From contig CAMBZX010000001.1 in NCBI GenBank assembly GCA_945872185.1, positions 6,101 through 70,100 of the forward strand: a stretch of DNA of 64,000 bases. Direction: 5' to 3'. Each line of letters begins with the position of its first letter. Within the stretch, counting starts at the first letter, position 1. Below the pieces are notes generated by a model, which worked only from the letters and a program-made list of their open reading frames with translations, was not told the DNA's origin and did no database searches. The translations under genes were made by a program, and so were the position numbers. Source of the stretch: Synechococcus sp. UW140. Its GTDB lineage: Bacteria > Cyanobacteriota > Cyanobacteriia > PCC-6307 > Cyanobiaceae. This document shows positions 20,466 through 29,307 of the stretch, piece by piece.

Positions 20466-22910
20466 ATGGCTGCTGCCCCCACCCCCACCAACGCTCCGGG
20501 GGAACGCACCTCCGCGTTCCTCGCCGGCCTCAACGACGCCCAGCGCCGGGCCGTGGATCACCACACCGGGCCGCTGCTGGTGGTGGCCGGGGCCGGTAGC
20601 GGCAAAACCCGCGCCCTCACCCATCGCATCGCCCACCTGATCGGCCACCACGGCGTCGATCCGGGCGAGCTGCTGGCGGTGACCTTCACCAACAAGGCCG
20701 CCCGCGAGATGAAGGAGCGGCTGGAGCTGCTGCTGGCCCAGAAGCTGGCCCAGAGCCAGTACGGCCAGCCCTGGAGCACCCTGGGGCAGATCGAGCAGAA
20801 AAAGCTGCGCAGCCGCATCTACCGCGAGGTGATCAAGGAGCTGTGGATCGGCACTTTCCACGCCCTGTTCGCCCGGCTGCTGCGCTTCGATATCGACAAG
20901 TTCAAGGACCCCGAAGGCCTCAGCTGGACCCGCCAGTTCTCGATCTACGACGAGAACGACGCCCAGAGCCTGGTCAAGGAGATCGTTACCCAGGAACTGG
21001 GCCTCGATCCCAAGCGCTTCGAACCGAAGAAGGTGCGCTGGGCGATCAGCAACGCCAAGAACCAGGGCTGGCTGCCGGATGAGATGGAGGCCAAGGCCGA
21101 AGGCCTGCGCGATCGCAAGATGGCCGAGGCCTACCGCCTCTACCGGCGCGCCCTGGCCGCCAACAACGCCCTCGATTTCGACGACCTGCTGCTGCTGCCG
21201 GTTCAATTGCTGCGCCAGAACGCCCAGGTGCGTGCCTACTGGCATCGCCGCTTCCGCCATGTGCTGGTGGACGAATACCAGGACACCAACCGCACCCAGT
21301 ACGACCTGATCAAGCTGCTGGTGACGGACGGCAAGGACCCCGAGACCTACGAAGACTGGTCCGGGCGCTCGGTGTTCGTGGTTGGCGATGCCGACCAGAG
21401 CATCTACAGCTTCCGCGCCGCCGACTTCACGATCCTGATGGGCTTCCAGGACGACTTCGGCGACCGGGCCCCCGATGACACCACCCGCACGATGGTGAAA
21501 CTGGAGGAGAACTACCGCTCCACCGCCACGATCCTGGAGGCGGCCAACGCCCTGATCGCCCACAACAGCGAGCGGATCGACAAGGTGCTGCGGCCCACCC
21601 GCGGCGAGGGGGAACCGATCAGCCTCACCCGCTGCGACGACGAGATCGCCGAGGCCGAAGCGGTGGTGCATCGCATGCGCATGCTCGATGCCGCCCACCC
21701 CGAGCTGCGCTGGGGCGACATGGCCGTGCTGTACCGCACCAACGCCCAGTCGCGGGCGATGGAGGAATCGCTGGTGCGCTGGGGTATTCCCTATCTGGTG
21801 GTGGGCGGCCTGCGCTTCTACGACCGCCGCGAGATCAAGGATGTGCTCGCCTACCTGAAGCTGCTGGTGAACCCCGCCGACACCGTCAGCCTGCTGCGGG
21901 TGCTGAACACGCCCAAACGGGGCATCGGCAAAACGACGATCGAGCGGCTCACCGATGCCTCCAGCCAGCTGGGCATCCCCCTGTGGGATGTGGTGAGCGA
22001 CGCCGAGGCGGTGCGCTCCCTCGGTGGCCGCTCGGCCAAGGGGCTGCTGCAATTCCACGAACTGGTGTGTGATCTGCAGCGCCGCGCCCAGGAGGCCCCC
22101 CCCTCGGAGCTGGTGCAGCGGGTGATGGAGCAGAGCGGCTATGTGGCCGAGCTACTGGCCGAAGGCTCCGATGAGGCCGAAGACCGGCGCCGCAACCTGG
22201 GCGAACTGGTCAACGCCGCCCTCCAGTACCAGGAGGAGAACGAGGAGGGCAGCCTTGAGGATTTCCTCGCCTCAGCGGCTCTCGCCAGCGACGCCGACAG
22301 CAAGGACACCCAGCAGGACCGGGTCACCCTGATGACCCTGCACGCCAGCAAGGGACTGGAGTTCCCGGTGGTGTTCCTGGTGGGGATGGAGCAGGGGCTC
22401 TTCCCCAGCTACCGCTCCCTCGATGACCCCGCCTCGCTGGAAGAGGAACGGCGCCTCTGCTACGTGGGGCTCACCCGCGCCAAGGAGCGCCTGTTTCTCT
22501 CCCACGCCTGCGAGCGGCGCCTCTGGGGCGGCATGCGCGAGCCGGCGGTGCCGTCGGTGTTTCTCTCCGAGCTGCCCAGCGAGCTGCTCCAGGGCGACAT
22601 CCCCCACAGCGGCGGCGCCGCCATCCGCCGCGATCAGCGCCTCGATCGGCTCACCCGCGTCGACCGCCCCGAAAGCCGGCAGGTGGAGAGCGGCGGTGAG
22701 GCCGGAGCCCCGAGCAACGCCGTGCGCCGCCGTGGCCCTGCCCCCAGCTGGGCGGTGGGCGACCGCCTGCGCCACGCCAGCTTCGGCGAAGGCCAGATCA
22801 CCCACCTGTTCGGCAGCGGCGAGAAAATCTCGATTGCGGTGAAGTTCGAGGGCATGGGGCCGAAGATCCTCGATCCGCGGCTGGCACCGATCGAAGCGCT
22901 GCCGTCATGA
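20466..22910 (+). CDS. uvrD: ATP-dependent DNA helicase UvrD/PcrA
   Basis: AGAGSGKT, VDEYQD, GDADQSIYSFR, LEENYRS, TLHASKGLEF, EEERRLCYVG. Confidence 0.95.
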   Translation: MAAAPTPTNAPGERTSAFLAGLNDAQRRAVDHHTGPLLVVAGAGSGKTRALTHRIAHLIGHHGVDPGELLAVTFTNKAAREMKERLELLLAQKLAQSQYGQPWSTLGQIEQKKLRSRIYREVIKELWIGTFHALFARLLRFDIDKFKDPEGLSWTRQFSIYDENDAQSLVKEIVTQELGLDPKRFEPKKVRWAISNAKNQGWLPDEMEAKAEGLRDRKMAEAYRLYRRALAANNALDFDDLLLLPVQLLRQNAQVRAYWHRRFRHVLVDEYQDTNRTQYDLIKLLVTDGKDPETYEDWSGRSVFVVGDADQSIYSFRAADFTILMGFQDDFGDRAPDDTTRTMVKLEENYRSTATILEAANALIAHNSERIDKVLRPTRGEGEPISLTRCDDEIAEAEAVVHRMRMLDAAHPELRWGDMAVLYRTNAQSRAMEESLVRWGIPYLVVGGLRFYDRREIKDVLAYLKLLVNPADTVSLLRVLNTPKRGIGKTTIERLTDASSQLGIPLWDVVSDAEAVRSLGGRSAKGLLQFHELVCDLQRRAQEAPPSELVQRVMEQSGYVAELLAEGSDEAEDRRRNLGELVNAALQYQEENEEGSLEDFLASAALASDADSKDTQQDRVTLMTLHASKGLEFPVVFLVGMEQGLFPSYRSLDDPASLEEERRLCYVGLTRAKERLFLSHACERRLWGGMREPAVPSVFLSELPSELLQGDIPHSGGAAIRRDQRLDRLTRVDRPESRQVESGGEAGAPSNAVRRRGPAPSWAVGDRLRHASFGEGQITHLFGSGEKISIAVKFEGMGPKILDPRLAPIEALPS

Positions 22911-24103
22911 CCATCGCGACGGCCCCCTCCTCCGCGAGCGGGCAAGCGGCAGAGCCCCTGCGGATTTTGGTGGCCACCGGTGGCCTGATCCATCTGGTGC
23001 ACCAGCTGGCCGTGGTGGTGGCGTTACCTGAGGTGGCGGCCCTGCCCGCCGTGCTCGCCGGCCGCAACGCCAGCGGCCCTGTTGCACCACCCACCATCGG
23101 TGTCTGGCTCACCGGTGTGATCCGCAACGACCCCAGCGCCCTGGCAGCCCTGGAAACGGCGATCGAACGCTGGCTGGTGCTGCTGCGCCGCCAGCGACCC
23201 GCCGACTTCGGCGCCATTCGCCTGCTGCCCCAGGGACCCGGGGGCGCAGCGGAGGGCTGGGAGCTCCTCTGCCTCAACAACCAGTGGCAACAGCTGCAGC
23301 GCCAGCCCCTGGAGCTGCCATCGATCCGGCAGCTCGTGGTCTGCGGCGATGGCCTGGGGATTTATTACCGCTGCGCCCGGGAGTTGCGGGCGATCCTGCC
23401 CAGCCTGCTGAACCGACCGATTGCCGAACCCGAACGCCAGGTGCGCTATGTCCTCAGCGGCCGCCAGCCCCTCTGGCACCGCCCGCCCAGGAGGGTGATC
23501 CAGGCCCCCCTGGATGACCGTGCCCAGCTGTTTGCGCTGCTGGTGCAGAGCCAGCGCGCGGCCGCCCAGCCGCTGCTGGAGTTCTGCCTCACCGCCACCG
23601 ACGCCCAGCGCCCCCTGTGGATCTGCTCGGTTCCGAACCTGGCCCACCAGTTCAGCGGTCGCCGCATCCCGTTCTCGGTGCTGGTGAGCTGGCAGCGCCA
23701 ACTGCAACGCCAGCAAGGCTTCGATCCCACCCGGGACCGGCTGCTGCTGATCGACCATCCCAAGGCGCCGGTGGACGGCAGCTTCGGCACCATCAAGCTG
23801 CCCTGGCTGGCGGGTCCACTGCGCTCCGCCATGAGCCTGGAGGTGATGGTGCGGCTGCTGGAGGAGCGCCGACCGGGAGGGCGCATCGTCGTGGCGGGGC
23901 TCACCTCGGCGCTCTATGGCGTGCGCCAGCTCACCACGGCCGAAGTGAGCTGGCTGGGCCTGGCCCCCCTCTGGCGCCACAACCCGCTCTACCGCCGCCA
24001 GCCGCTGGAGTTTCTGCATCGCTGCCTGAGGGCATCCCGCATGGCCTGGCTCACCAACTCCGGCCCCCTCCAACCGGGACAGCGTGGCGGCAAGCGCTCC
24101 TAA
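22907..24103 (+). CDS. Hypothetical protein, polysialyltransferase-like GT-B candidate
   Basis: Coupled to uvrD (ATGA); GDGLG, DHPK and TSAL motifs. Confidence 0.55.
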   Translation: MTIATAPSSASGQAAEPLRILVATGGLIHLVHQLAVVVALPEVAALPAVLAGRNASGPVAPPTIGVWLTGVIRNDPSALAALETAIERWLVLLRRQRPADFGAIRLLPQGPGGAAEGWELLCLNNQWQQLQRQPLELPSIRQLVVCGDGLGIYYRCARELRAILPSLLNRPIAEPERQVRYVLSGRQPLWHRPPRRVIQAPLDDRAQLFALLVQSQRAAAQPLLEFCLTATDAQRPLWICSVPNLAHQFSGRRIPFSVLVSWQRQLQRQQGFDPTRDRLLLIDHPKAPVDGSFGTIKLPWLAGPLRSAMSLEVMVRLLEERRPGGRIVVAGLTSALYGVRQLTTAEVSWLGLAPLWRHNPLYRRQPLEFLHRCLRASRMAWLTNSGPLQPGQRGGKRS

Positions 24104-24107
24104 GCGC

Positions 24108-25337
24108 TCAGTAGCGCACCTGCCAGGGCCAGCGATCAGGCAGACAGAGGAAGTTGTCATCCAATCCACACTCCAGACTGGCCGAAGTCAACAAACGGCC
24201 CTCCAACCAGTACTGGAAAGTCATGTACATCACCGGCAGCAGACACCAATAAGCCCGGTACCGATTGAGCCAGGAAAGATAAATAATTAACAAGAAGACA
24301 GCAACACCATCAGCGAAGCGGCAGGTGACCTGAGGCAGCCAGAGATACACGATCGACTGCTGGATTCCGATATAGATCAGACCGAACCCTGCCAACAGTT
24401 GGGTGAGCGGGCAAAGCAGCAGCCGCCGTGGATCCAGCCGGCGCTGCAGGCAAGCCAGGAGCAACCCCGCCGCCATGGCCCACTGCAAACGGCCGACACG
24501 GCGGCTGAGGGGGTATTGATTGAAGTACTCCTCCCGGGAATAATCCTGCAGCCGATCCCAGGCAATCGGCGCCGCCATCAGGAACAAAGCCAACAAAATC
24601 AGCAGGGCGACGATCAGCGGCCAGCGGCGGCGCAGATCACTCCGGCGAAAAAGCGCACGCCGCTGGCGCAGATCGCTTACCACCTCCGGCAGCCTCTGCA
24701 GCCAGGGCAACAGGCTGATCGGCAGATTCAGCACGAAGGTGTTGTGGCTGATGGCCGAAAACAGTATTCCCAGACCGACCCAACGACGGTCCAGCTGGAC
24801 CAGCCTCGCCCCCTGCAACAGCAGCGACAGCAGCAGCAACACCGCCAGAGCCTGTCGGGAATGGGCGTTCTGCATGAACCCCCGCAGCATCGGACTGCAG
24901 GTGAGCACCAGGGCCCACCAACCGGCCCACGGTCGGGCACGCCAGGTGCAGGCCAACAGAATCGCCGCCGCCGCGTACCCACTCACCACCAGACCATGCA
25001 CCATCGCCATCCGATACGGCAGCCACAACAGCAGCGGCCGCAGCAGGCGCCAGAGCAGCTCCGGTGGCGCCCGATCCGGATCCCACTCCAGGTAGTGGGA
25101 GAAGCGGGTGGTGTCGCTGGTGCCCCAGCTGCCCAGGGTGAAGAACACCAGCGTCAGCAGCAACAGCAGCACCACGGCCGCACGCCACAGGTACCAGCGC
25201 CGCTGCACCCCGGCCCAGTGGATGGCGATCGCCAGGATCCCCTGGGCGAAGAACAACGACGTCATCGCCTGGGGAGCCACCATGAACTGGTCGATCCGGA
25301 AGGGGGCCGTGAGCGGGAATGCCGGATTGATGATCAT
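24108..25337 (-). CDS. EpsG/Wzy-like membrane protein, paralog A
   Basis: Polytopic; SD..Y..EL, RQALA and H motifs typical of the EpsG family; start uncertain (up to 25403). Confidence 0.65.
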   Translation of the reverse strand: MIINPAFPLTAPFRIDQFMVAPQAMTSLFFAQGILAIAIHWAGVQRRWYLWRAAVVLLLLLTLVFFTLGSWGTSDTTRFSHYLEWDPDRAPPELLWRLLRPLLLWLPYRMAMVHGLVVSGYAAAAILLACTWRARPWAGWWALVLTCSPMLRGFMQNAHSRQALAVLLLLSLLLQGARLVQLDRRWVGLGILFSAISHNTFVLNLPISLLPWLQRLPEVVSDLRQRRALFRRSDLRRRWPLIVALLILLALFLMAAPIAWDRLQDYSREEYFNQYPLSRRVGRLQWAMAAGLLLACLQRRLDPRRLLLCPLTQLLAGFGLIYIGIQQSIVYLWLPQVTCRFADGVAVFLLIIYLSWLNRYRAYWCLLPVMYMTFQYWLEGRLLTSASLECGLDDNFLCLPDRWPWQVRY

Positions 25338-25406
25338 CCAGGGACAACGACTGATCAGAGAATGCGGAGGCAGGATCGCAGAGGCTGGCCAGAAAATCAG
25401 CAACGA

Positions 25407-26633
25407 TCACGGTCCTGATCCATAGCGCACCTGCCAGGGCCAGCGGTCCGGGATGCAGAGGAACTCATCATTCAGGCCACAGTTCAGCACCAATGAGCCC
25501 AGCAGGCTGCCCAGCAGCCAGGCCTCAAGCGTGACAGCCAGGGCCGGCACCACCGCCCAGCAGCAACGCTGCCGCTGCAGCCAGCCCAGCCAGAGGATCA
25601 ACAGGTAGAAGCCCACGGCATCGACCAGGCGACTGGTGATCGGCGCCAGCAGCTGCCAGTGCAGAGATTGCTGCAGCAGCCAGAAGAGCAGGGCCAAGAT
25701 CGCCACAGAACGACTGCGGTCGCAGGCCAGCAACTGCCGCCAGCCCAGGCGCCGCTGCCAGCAGGCCAGCAGCACCCCCAAGGCCATGGCCAGCTGGAGA
25801 CGGATCACCTCGGGCCGCAGGGCGTAGGTGGGGAAATAACTCTCCTGGGAGCTGTAGACCCGCAGCTTCTCCAAGGCCATCGGGGCTGCCAATCCCAGCA
25901 GCAGCAGCACGGCCCCAGCCGGCAGCAGCAACGGCCAGCGCCAGCGCAGCCCGGAACGGGCCGCCGCCAGCCGGGGCGCCAGGGCCAGGGCCAGGGTGAG
26001 CGGAAAACTGGTGTGCACCGTGGCCGCCAGGCCGGTGGACAGGGCCAGGTGCCAGCGCCTCAGGTTGGCCAGGCGGGCGGCCCAGAGCAGCAGGGGCAGC
26101 AGCAGCAGGGTCATCAGGGCCTGACGGCTGACCCCGTTCTGCAGGAAGTTGCGCAACAGCGGGCTGCAGACGATCAGCAGGCTCCACCAACCGCCCCAGG
26201 TCCAGACACGCCAGTGGCGGGCCAGCAGCAGTGGAGCGGCGGCATAGCCGGCCGCCACCAGACCATGCACCATCGCCATCCGATACGGCAGACGCATCAC
26301 CAGCGGTGCCACCAAGGCCCAGAAGGGCTCGCCCCGCACCCGGGAGAGATCGAAGGCCAGGTAATAGGAGAGCTTGGTGGTGTCGCTGTTGCCCCAACTG
26401 CCCAGGGTGAAGAACAGGGCCACCAGGGCCAGCAGCAGCAGGGCCAGGCCATTCCAGAGCCGGAGACGCTCCCGCCGGGCGGCCCAGCTCATCAGGGCCG
26501 CGAGCAGCAGCTGGGCGCAGAAGAGCAGCGCCATCTGCAGCGGAGCTGCCCTGACCTGATCGATCCGGTACGGGGCAATGGTGGGAAAGGGCGCGATCGA
26601 CGTGAGCCCCGCCAGGGCATGGAGCGGCGGCAT
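25407..26633 (-). CDS. EpsG/Wzy-like membrane protein, paralog B
   Basis: Colinear with paralog A (shared YRMAMVHGLV and PDRWPWQVRY); TGATG overlap with the upstream gene. Confidence 0.65.
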   Translation of the reverse strand: MPPLHALAGLTSIAPFPTIAPYRIDQVRAAPLQMALLFCAQLLLAALMSWAARRERLRLWNGLALLLLALVALFFTLGSWGNSDTTKLSYYLAFDLSRVRGEPFWALVAPLVMRLPYRMAMVHGLVAAGYAAAPLLLARHWRVWTWGGWWSLLIVCSPLLRNFLQNGVSRQALMTLLLLPLLLWAARLANLRRWHLALSTGLAATVHTSFPLTLALALAPRLAAARSGLRWRWPLLLPAGAVLLLLGLAAPMALEKLRVYSSQESYFPTYALRPEVIRLQLAMALGVLLACWQRRLGWRQLLACDRSRSVAILALLFWLLQQSLHWQLLAPITSRLVDAVGFYLLILWLGWLQRQRCCWAVVPALAVTLEAWLLGSLLGSLVLNCGLNDEFLCIPDRWPWQVRYGSGP

Positions 26634-27814
26634 CAGGCGCGCCGGGGCTCCCGAAGCCCGGGCCCGTGGCCTGTCAGCAGCCCCCTCAGCTCCGTCGCCG
26701 GGCGCAGGCAATCGAAACCCCAGTAGGGATCCAGCAGCTCGCGCACCGCCACGGCCGCAGCACCGGGATCGGGCAACGCCAGCCGGGCGGAGAGTTCGGC
26801 GCTGAGCCGCTGGCGCTCGCTCCATTCGGCAGCCTCCTCCTCGGCCTTGGCGCCGCTGAGGCCGGAGAGATCCTGCTCAGCCACCACCGTCAGCCAGTGC
26901 AGGCGCTTGTCCAGGGCCACGCCGTAGCCCAGATGGGTGCCGAAGGCATTGCTCACCAGCCCGTCACTGAGTTCCAGCAGGGTGCGCATGGCATCGAGGA
27001 ACCAGGGATTGGAACGATGGCCATTGCAGGCCACGATCCACTGCGGCGGCAGCGCCGGCAGCTGGGGATCCTTCCAGTGCCGCAGCCAGATCACCGAGCG
27101 ATAGCCGCCCCTGGCAGCCTGCTGGGCCACAGCCTCGATGCAGGCCCCCTGATCCATGCGGCGCTCCACCTGATCCCAGCTGTGGGCCAGCACCACCAGC
27201 AGGGTGGGGCCAAGCTGTTGCCGCAAGCTGGTAATCTCCGCCGCCGCCAGCAACGGCTGGGCATAGGCGATCCAGGGGCCGATCGACTCGGCGGGCAGGC
27301 CGAAGCGCTCCTGCAACCAGTCGGCCCGCCGGGGGCCCATGCAGAGATAGCCGCGGCTCCAGCCACGGGGACGCTCGAACGTGGCGCTGGAGCTCACTTT
27401 GAGCCCATGCTCCAGCAGCCAGGGCAAGGGAGCACCGAGTAACGGCAACCCCGCGTGGCGCTTGATCTGAATGTCGTGACCATAGTGATGGGAGGAGTTC
27501 TCCAGCTCACGCCGAGCTGGGCTGAAAAAAGGCTTACGCGCAGCGGCGTCATGGAAGACGCCGTTATCCCAGAGCACGGCGCTCACCTGGGGGGCCAGGG
27601 GACGCCCCGCAAAGGCCTGCTGCACCAGGCCGCGATAGGCGGCCAGGGCCATCCATTGATCACGATCGAGGGCGGCCAGGCGAGAAAGCGGTGCCAGACG
27701 GCCGCCGCGGATGGCGCTGCGAATCCCCTGGCGGAGGCGGGCCTTCACCCCCAACGTGCCTTCAGCCATAGGACCACCTTCCGGCCCCAAACCCTGCTGT
27801 TGAGGGGCGCTCAA
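26633..27814 (-). CDS. Hypothetical protein (possible GT-B transferase) coupled to kdsC
   Basis: Overlaps the kdsC stop; LEHG, RHWKD and SNAFGTHLGY motifs. Confidence 0.6.
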   Translation of the reverse strand: MSAPQQQGLGPEGGPMAEGTLGVKARLRQGIRSAIRGGRLAPLSRLAALDRDQWMALAAYRGLVQQAFAGRPLAPQVSAVLWDNGVFHDAAARKPFFSPARRELENSSHHYGHDIQIKRHAGLPLLGAPLPWLLEHGLKVSSSATFERPRGWSRGYLCMGPRRADWLQERFGLPAESIGPWIAYAQPLLAAAEITSLRQQLGPTLLVVLAHSWDQVERRMDQGACIEAVAQQAARGGYRSVIWLRHWKDPQLPALPPQWIVACNGHRSNPWFLDAMRTLLELSDGLVSNAFGTHLGYGVALDKRLHWLTVVAEQDLSGLSGAKAEEEAAEWSERQRLSAELSARLALPDPGAAAVAVRELLDPYWGFDCLRPATELRGLLTGHGPGLREPRRA

Positions 27815-28389
27815 TCATTGCGATCCCGCCAGCCCTGATCCGCCAACCGCCGCCAGTCCCCCCGCACCCGCAGGATTTCATCGGCCAGGCGCCGCACCGC
27901 CCCATCGCCGCCGTTGCGATCCAGAACCCAGTCGGCACGGCGCCGCAGGGGCTGCACCGCATCAGCCGTGGCGATCAGCAGGCCCACGGCGGGGCGCACC
28001 GCCAGATCATTGAGATCATCGCCCACAAAGGCCGTGTGGGCGGCCGCCATCCCCAGGCTCGCCTGCAGCGCCGCCAGCGCCGCCGGCTTGTCCTTGACGC
28101 CCGTGAGCACATGGCGAATGCCCAGATAGCGGGCCCGTTGCTCGGTGGCGCCACTTTTGCCACCGCTCAGCCAGGCCACCTCCACGCCGGCCTGCTGCAG
28201 CAGCCGGATGCCGAGGCCATCCCGAACGTCGAAGCGCTTGATCACCTCTCCCGTTTCCGTGGTCCAGAGGCCGCCATCGGTGAGCACACCATCGACATCC
28301 AGCACCAGCAGCTGCAGCGCGCCCAGCTGGGCACGGCAGCGGCGATAACCGCTGGCATGGCGCCAAAAGCGATGGAACTGCTGGATCAC
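27811..28389 (-). CDS. kdsC: Kdo-8-phosphate phosphatase (HAD)
   Basis: DVDGVLTDG, FDVRDGLGI, GDDLND, GGDGAVR. Confidence 0.92.
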   Translation of the reverse strand: MIQQFHRFWRHASGYRRCRAQLGALQLLVLDVDGVLTDGGLWTTETGEVIKRFDVRDGLGIRLLQQAGVEVAWLSGGKSGATEQRARYLGIRHVLTGVKDKPAALAALQASLGMAAAHTAFVGDDLNDLAVRPAVGLLIATADAVQPLRRRADWVLDRNGGDGAVRRLADEILRVRGDWRRLADQGWRDRND

Positions 28390-28415
28390 GGGGGATCGCC
28401 GCCGGGGGACTGAAC

Positions 28416-29225
28416 TCAGAGGGTGCTCACGGCCACACCCGGCTCCAGGGTGGCGCGGATCGCCAGCAGCTGCTCCAGCAGGGCCTCAAGGCGATGCAGT
28501 GGCACCATGTTCGGCCCGTCGCTGAGAGCCTTGTCGGGATCGGGGTGCACCTCCATGAACAGGCCATCCACACCCACGGCCACAGCTGCCCGGGCCAGGG
28601 GGGCCACAAACTCACGCTGACCGCCCGTGGTGGTGCCCAGACCACCGGGCTGCTGCACCGAATGGGTGGCATCAAAGATCACCGGGCAACCCAGATCACG
28701 GAGCTGGGGCAGGCTGCGGTAATCCACCACGAGCGTGTTGTAGCCAAAGCAGCTGCCCCGTTCGGTGAGCCAGAGGTTCTGAGCGCCGGCATCGCGCAAC
28801 TTCTTCACCACCTGGGCCATATCCCAGGGTGCCAGGAACTGGCCCTTTTTGACATTGATCACTTTGTCGGTGCCGGCGGTGGCCGCAGCTGCGGCCAACA
28901 GCAGATCACTCTGGCGGCAGAGAAAGGCCGGGATCTGCAACACGTCCACCACCTCGGCCACCGCTGCCGCCTGATGGCTTTCATGGATATCGGTGAGCAG
29001 CCGCAGGCCATAGCGCTGCTTCACTTCCGCCAGCAAGGCCAGGCCGTCCTGCACGCCAGGGCCGCGGAAGGAGCTGCCGGAGCTGCGATTGGCCTTGTCG
29101 AAGCTGGCCTTGAAGATGTACTCGATCCCCAGACGATCGGTGATCTGCTGCACCCGTTCGGCAATCTCAAAAACCAGATCTCTGCTCTCGATGACGCAGG
29201 GACCTGCCACCAGGATCAAAGACAT
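28416..29225 (-). CDS. kdsA: Kdo-8-phosphate synthase
   Basis: [38 protein letters not shown]. Confidence 0.96.
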   Translation of the reverse strand: MSLILVAGPCVIESRDLVFEIAERVQQITDRLGIEYIFKASFDKANRSSGSSFRGPGVQDGLALLAEVKQRYGLRLLTDIHESHQAAAVAEVVDVLQIPAFLCRQSDLLLAAAAATAGTDKVINVKKGQFLAPWDMAQVVKKLRDAGAQNLWLTERGSCFGYNTLVVDYRSLPQLRDLGCPVIFDATHSVQQPGGLGTTTGGQREFVAPLARAAVAVGVDGLFMEVHPDPDKALSDGPNMVPLHRLEALLEQLLAIRATLEPGVAVSTL

Positions 29226-29307
29226 GAGATCACTTAAGACAAGTCTGAATCAGAGCTTAGACGAAGGAGATCTGCTGACCAGCCAGGCATCTGTGCTTCG
29301 GAAGCCG

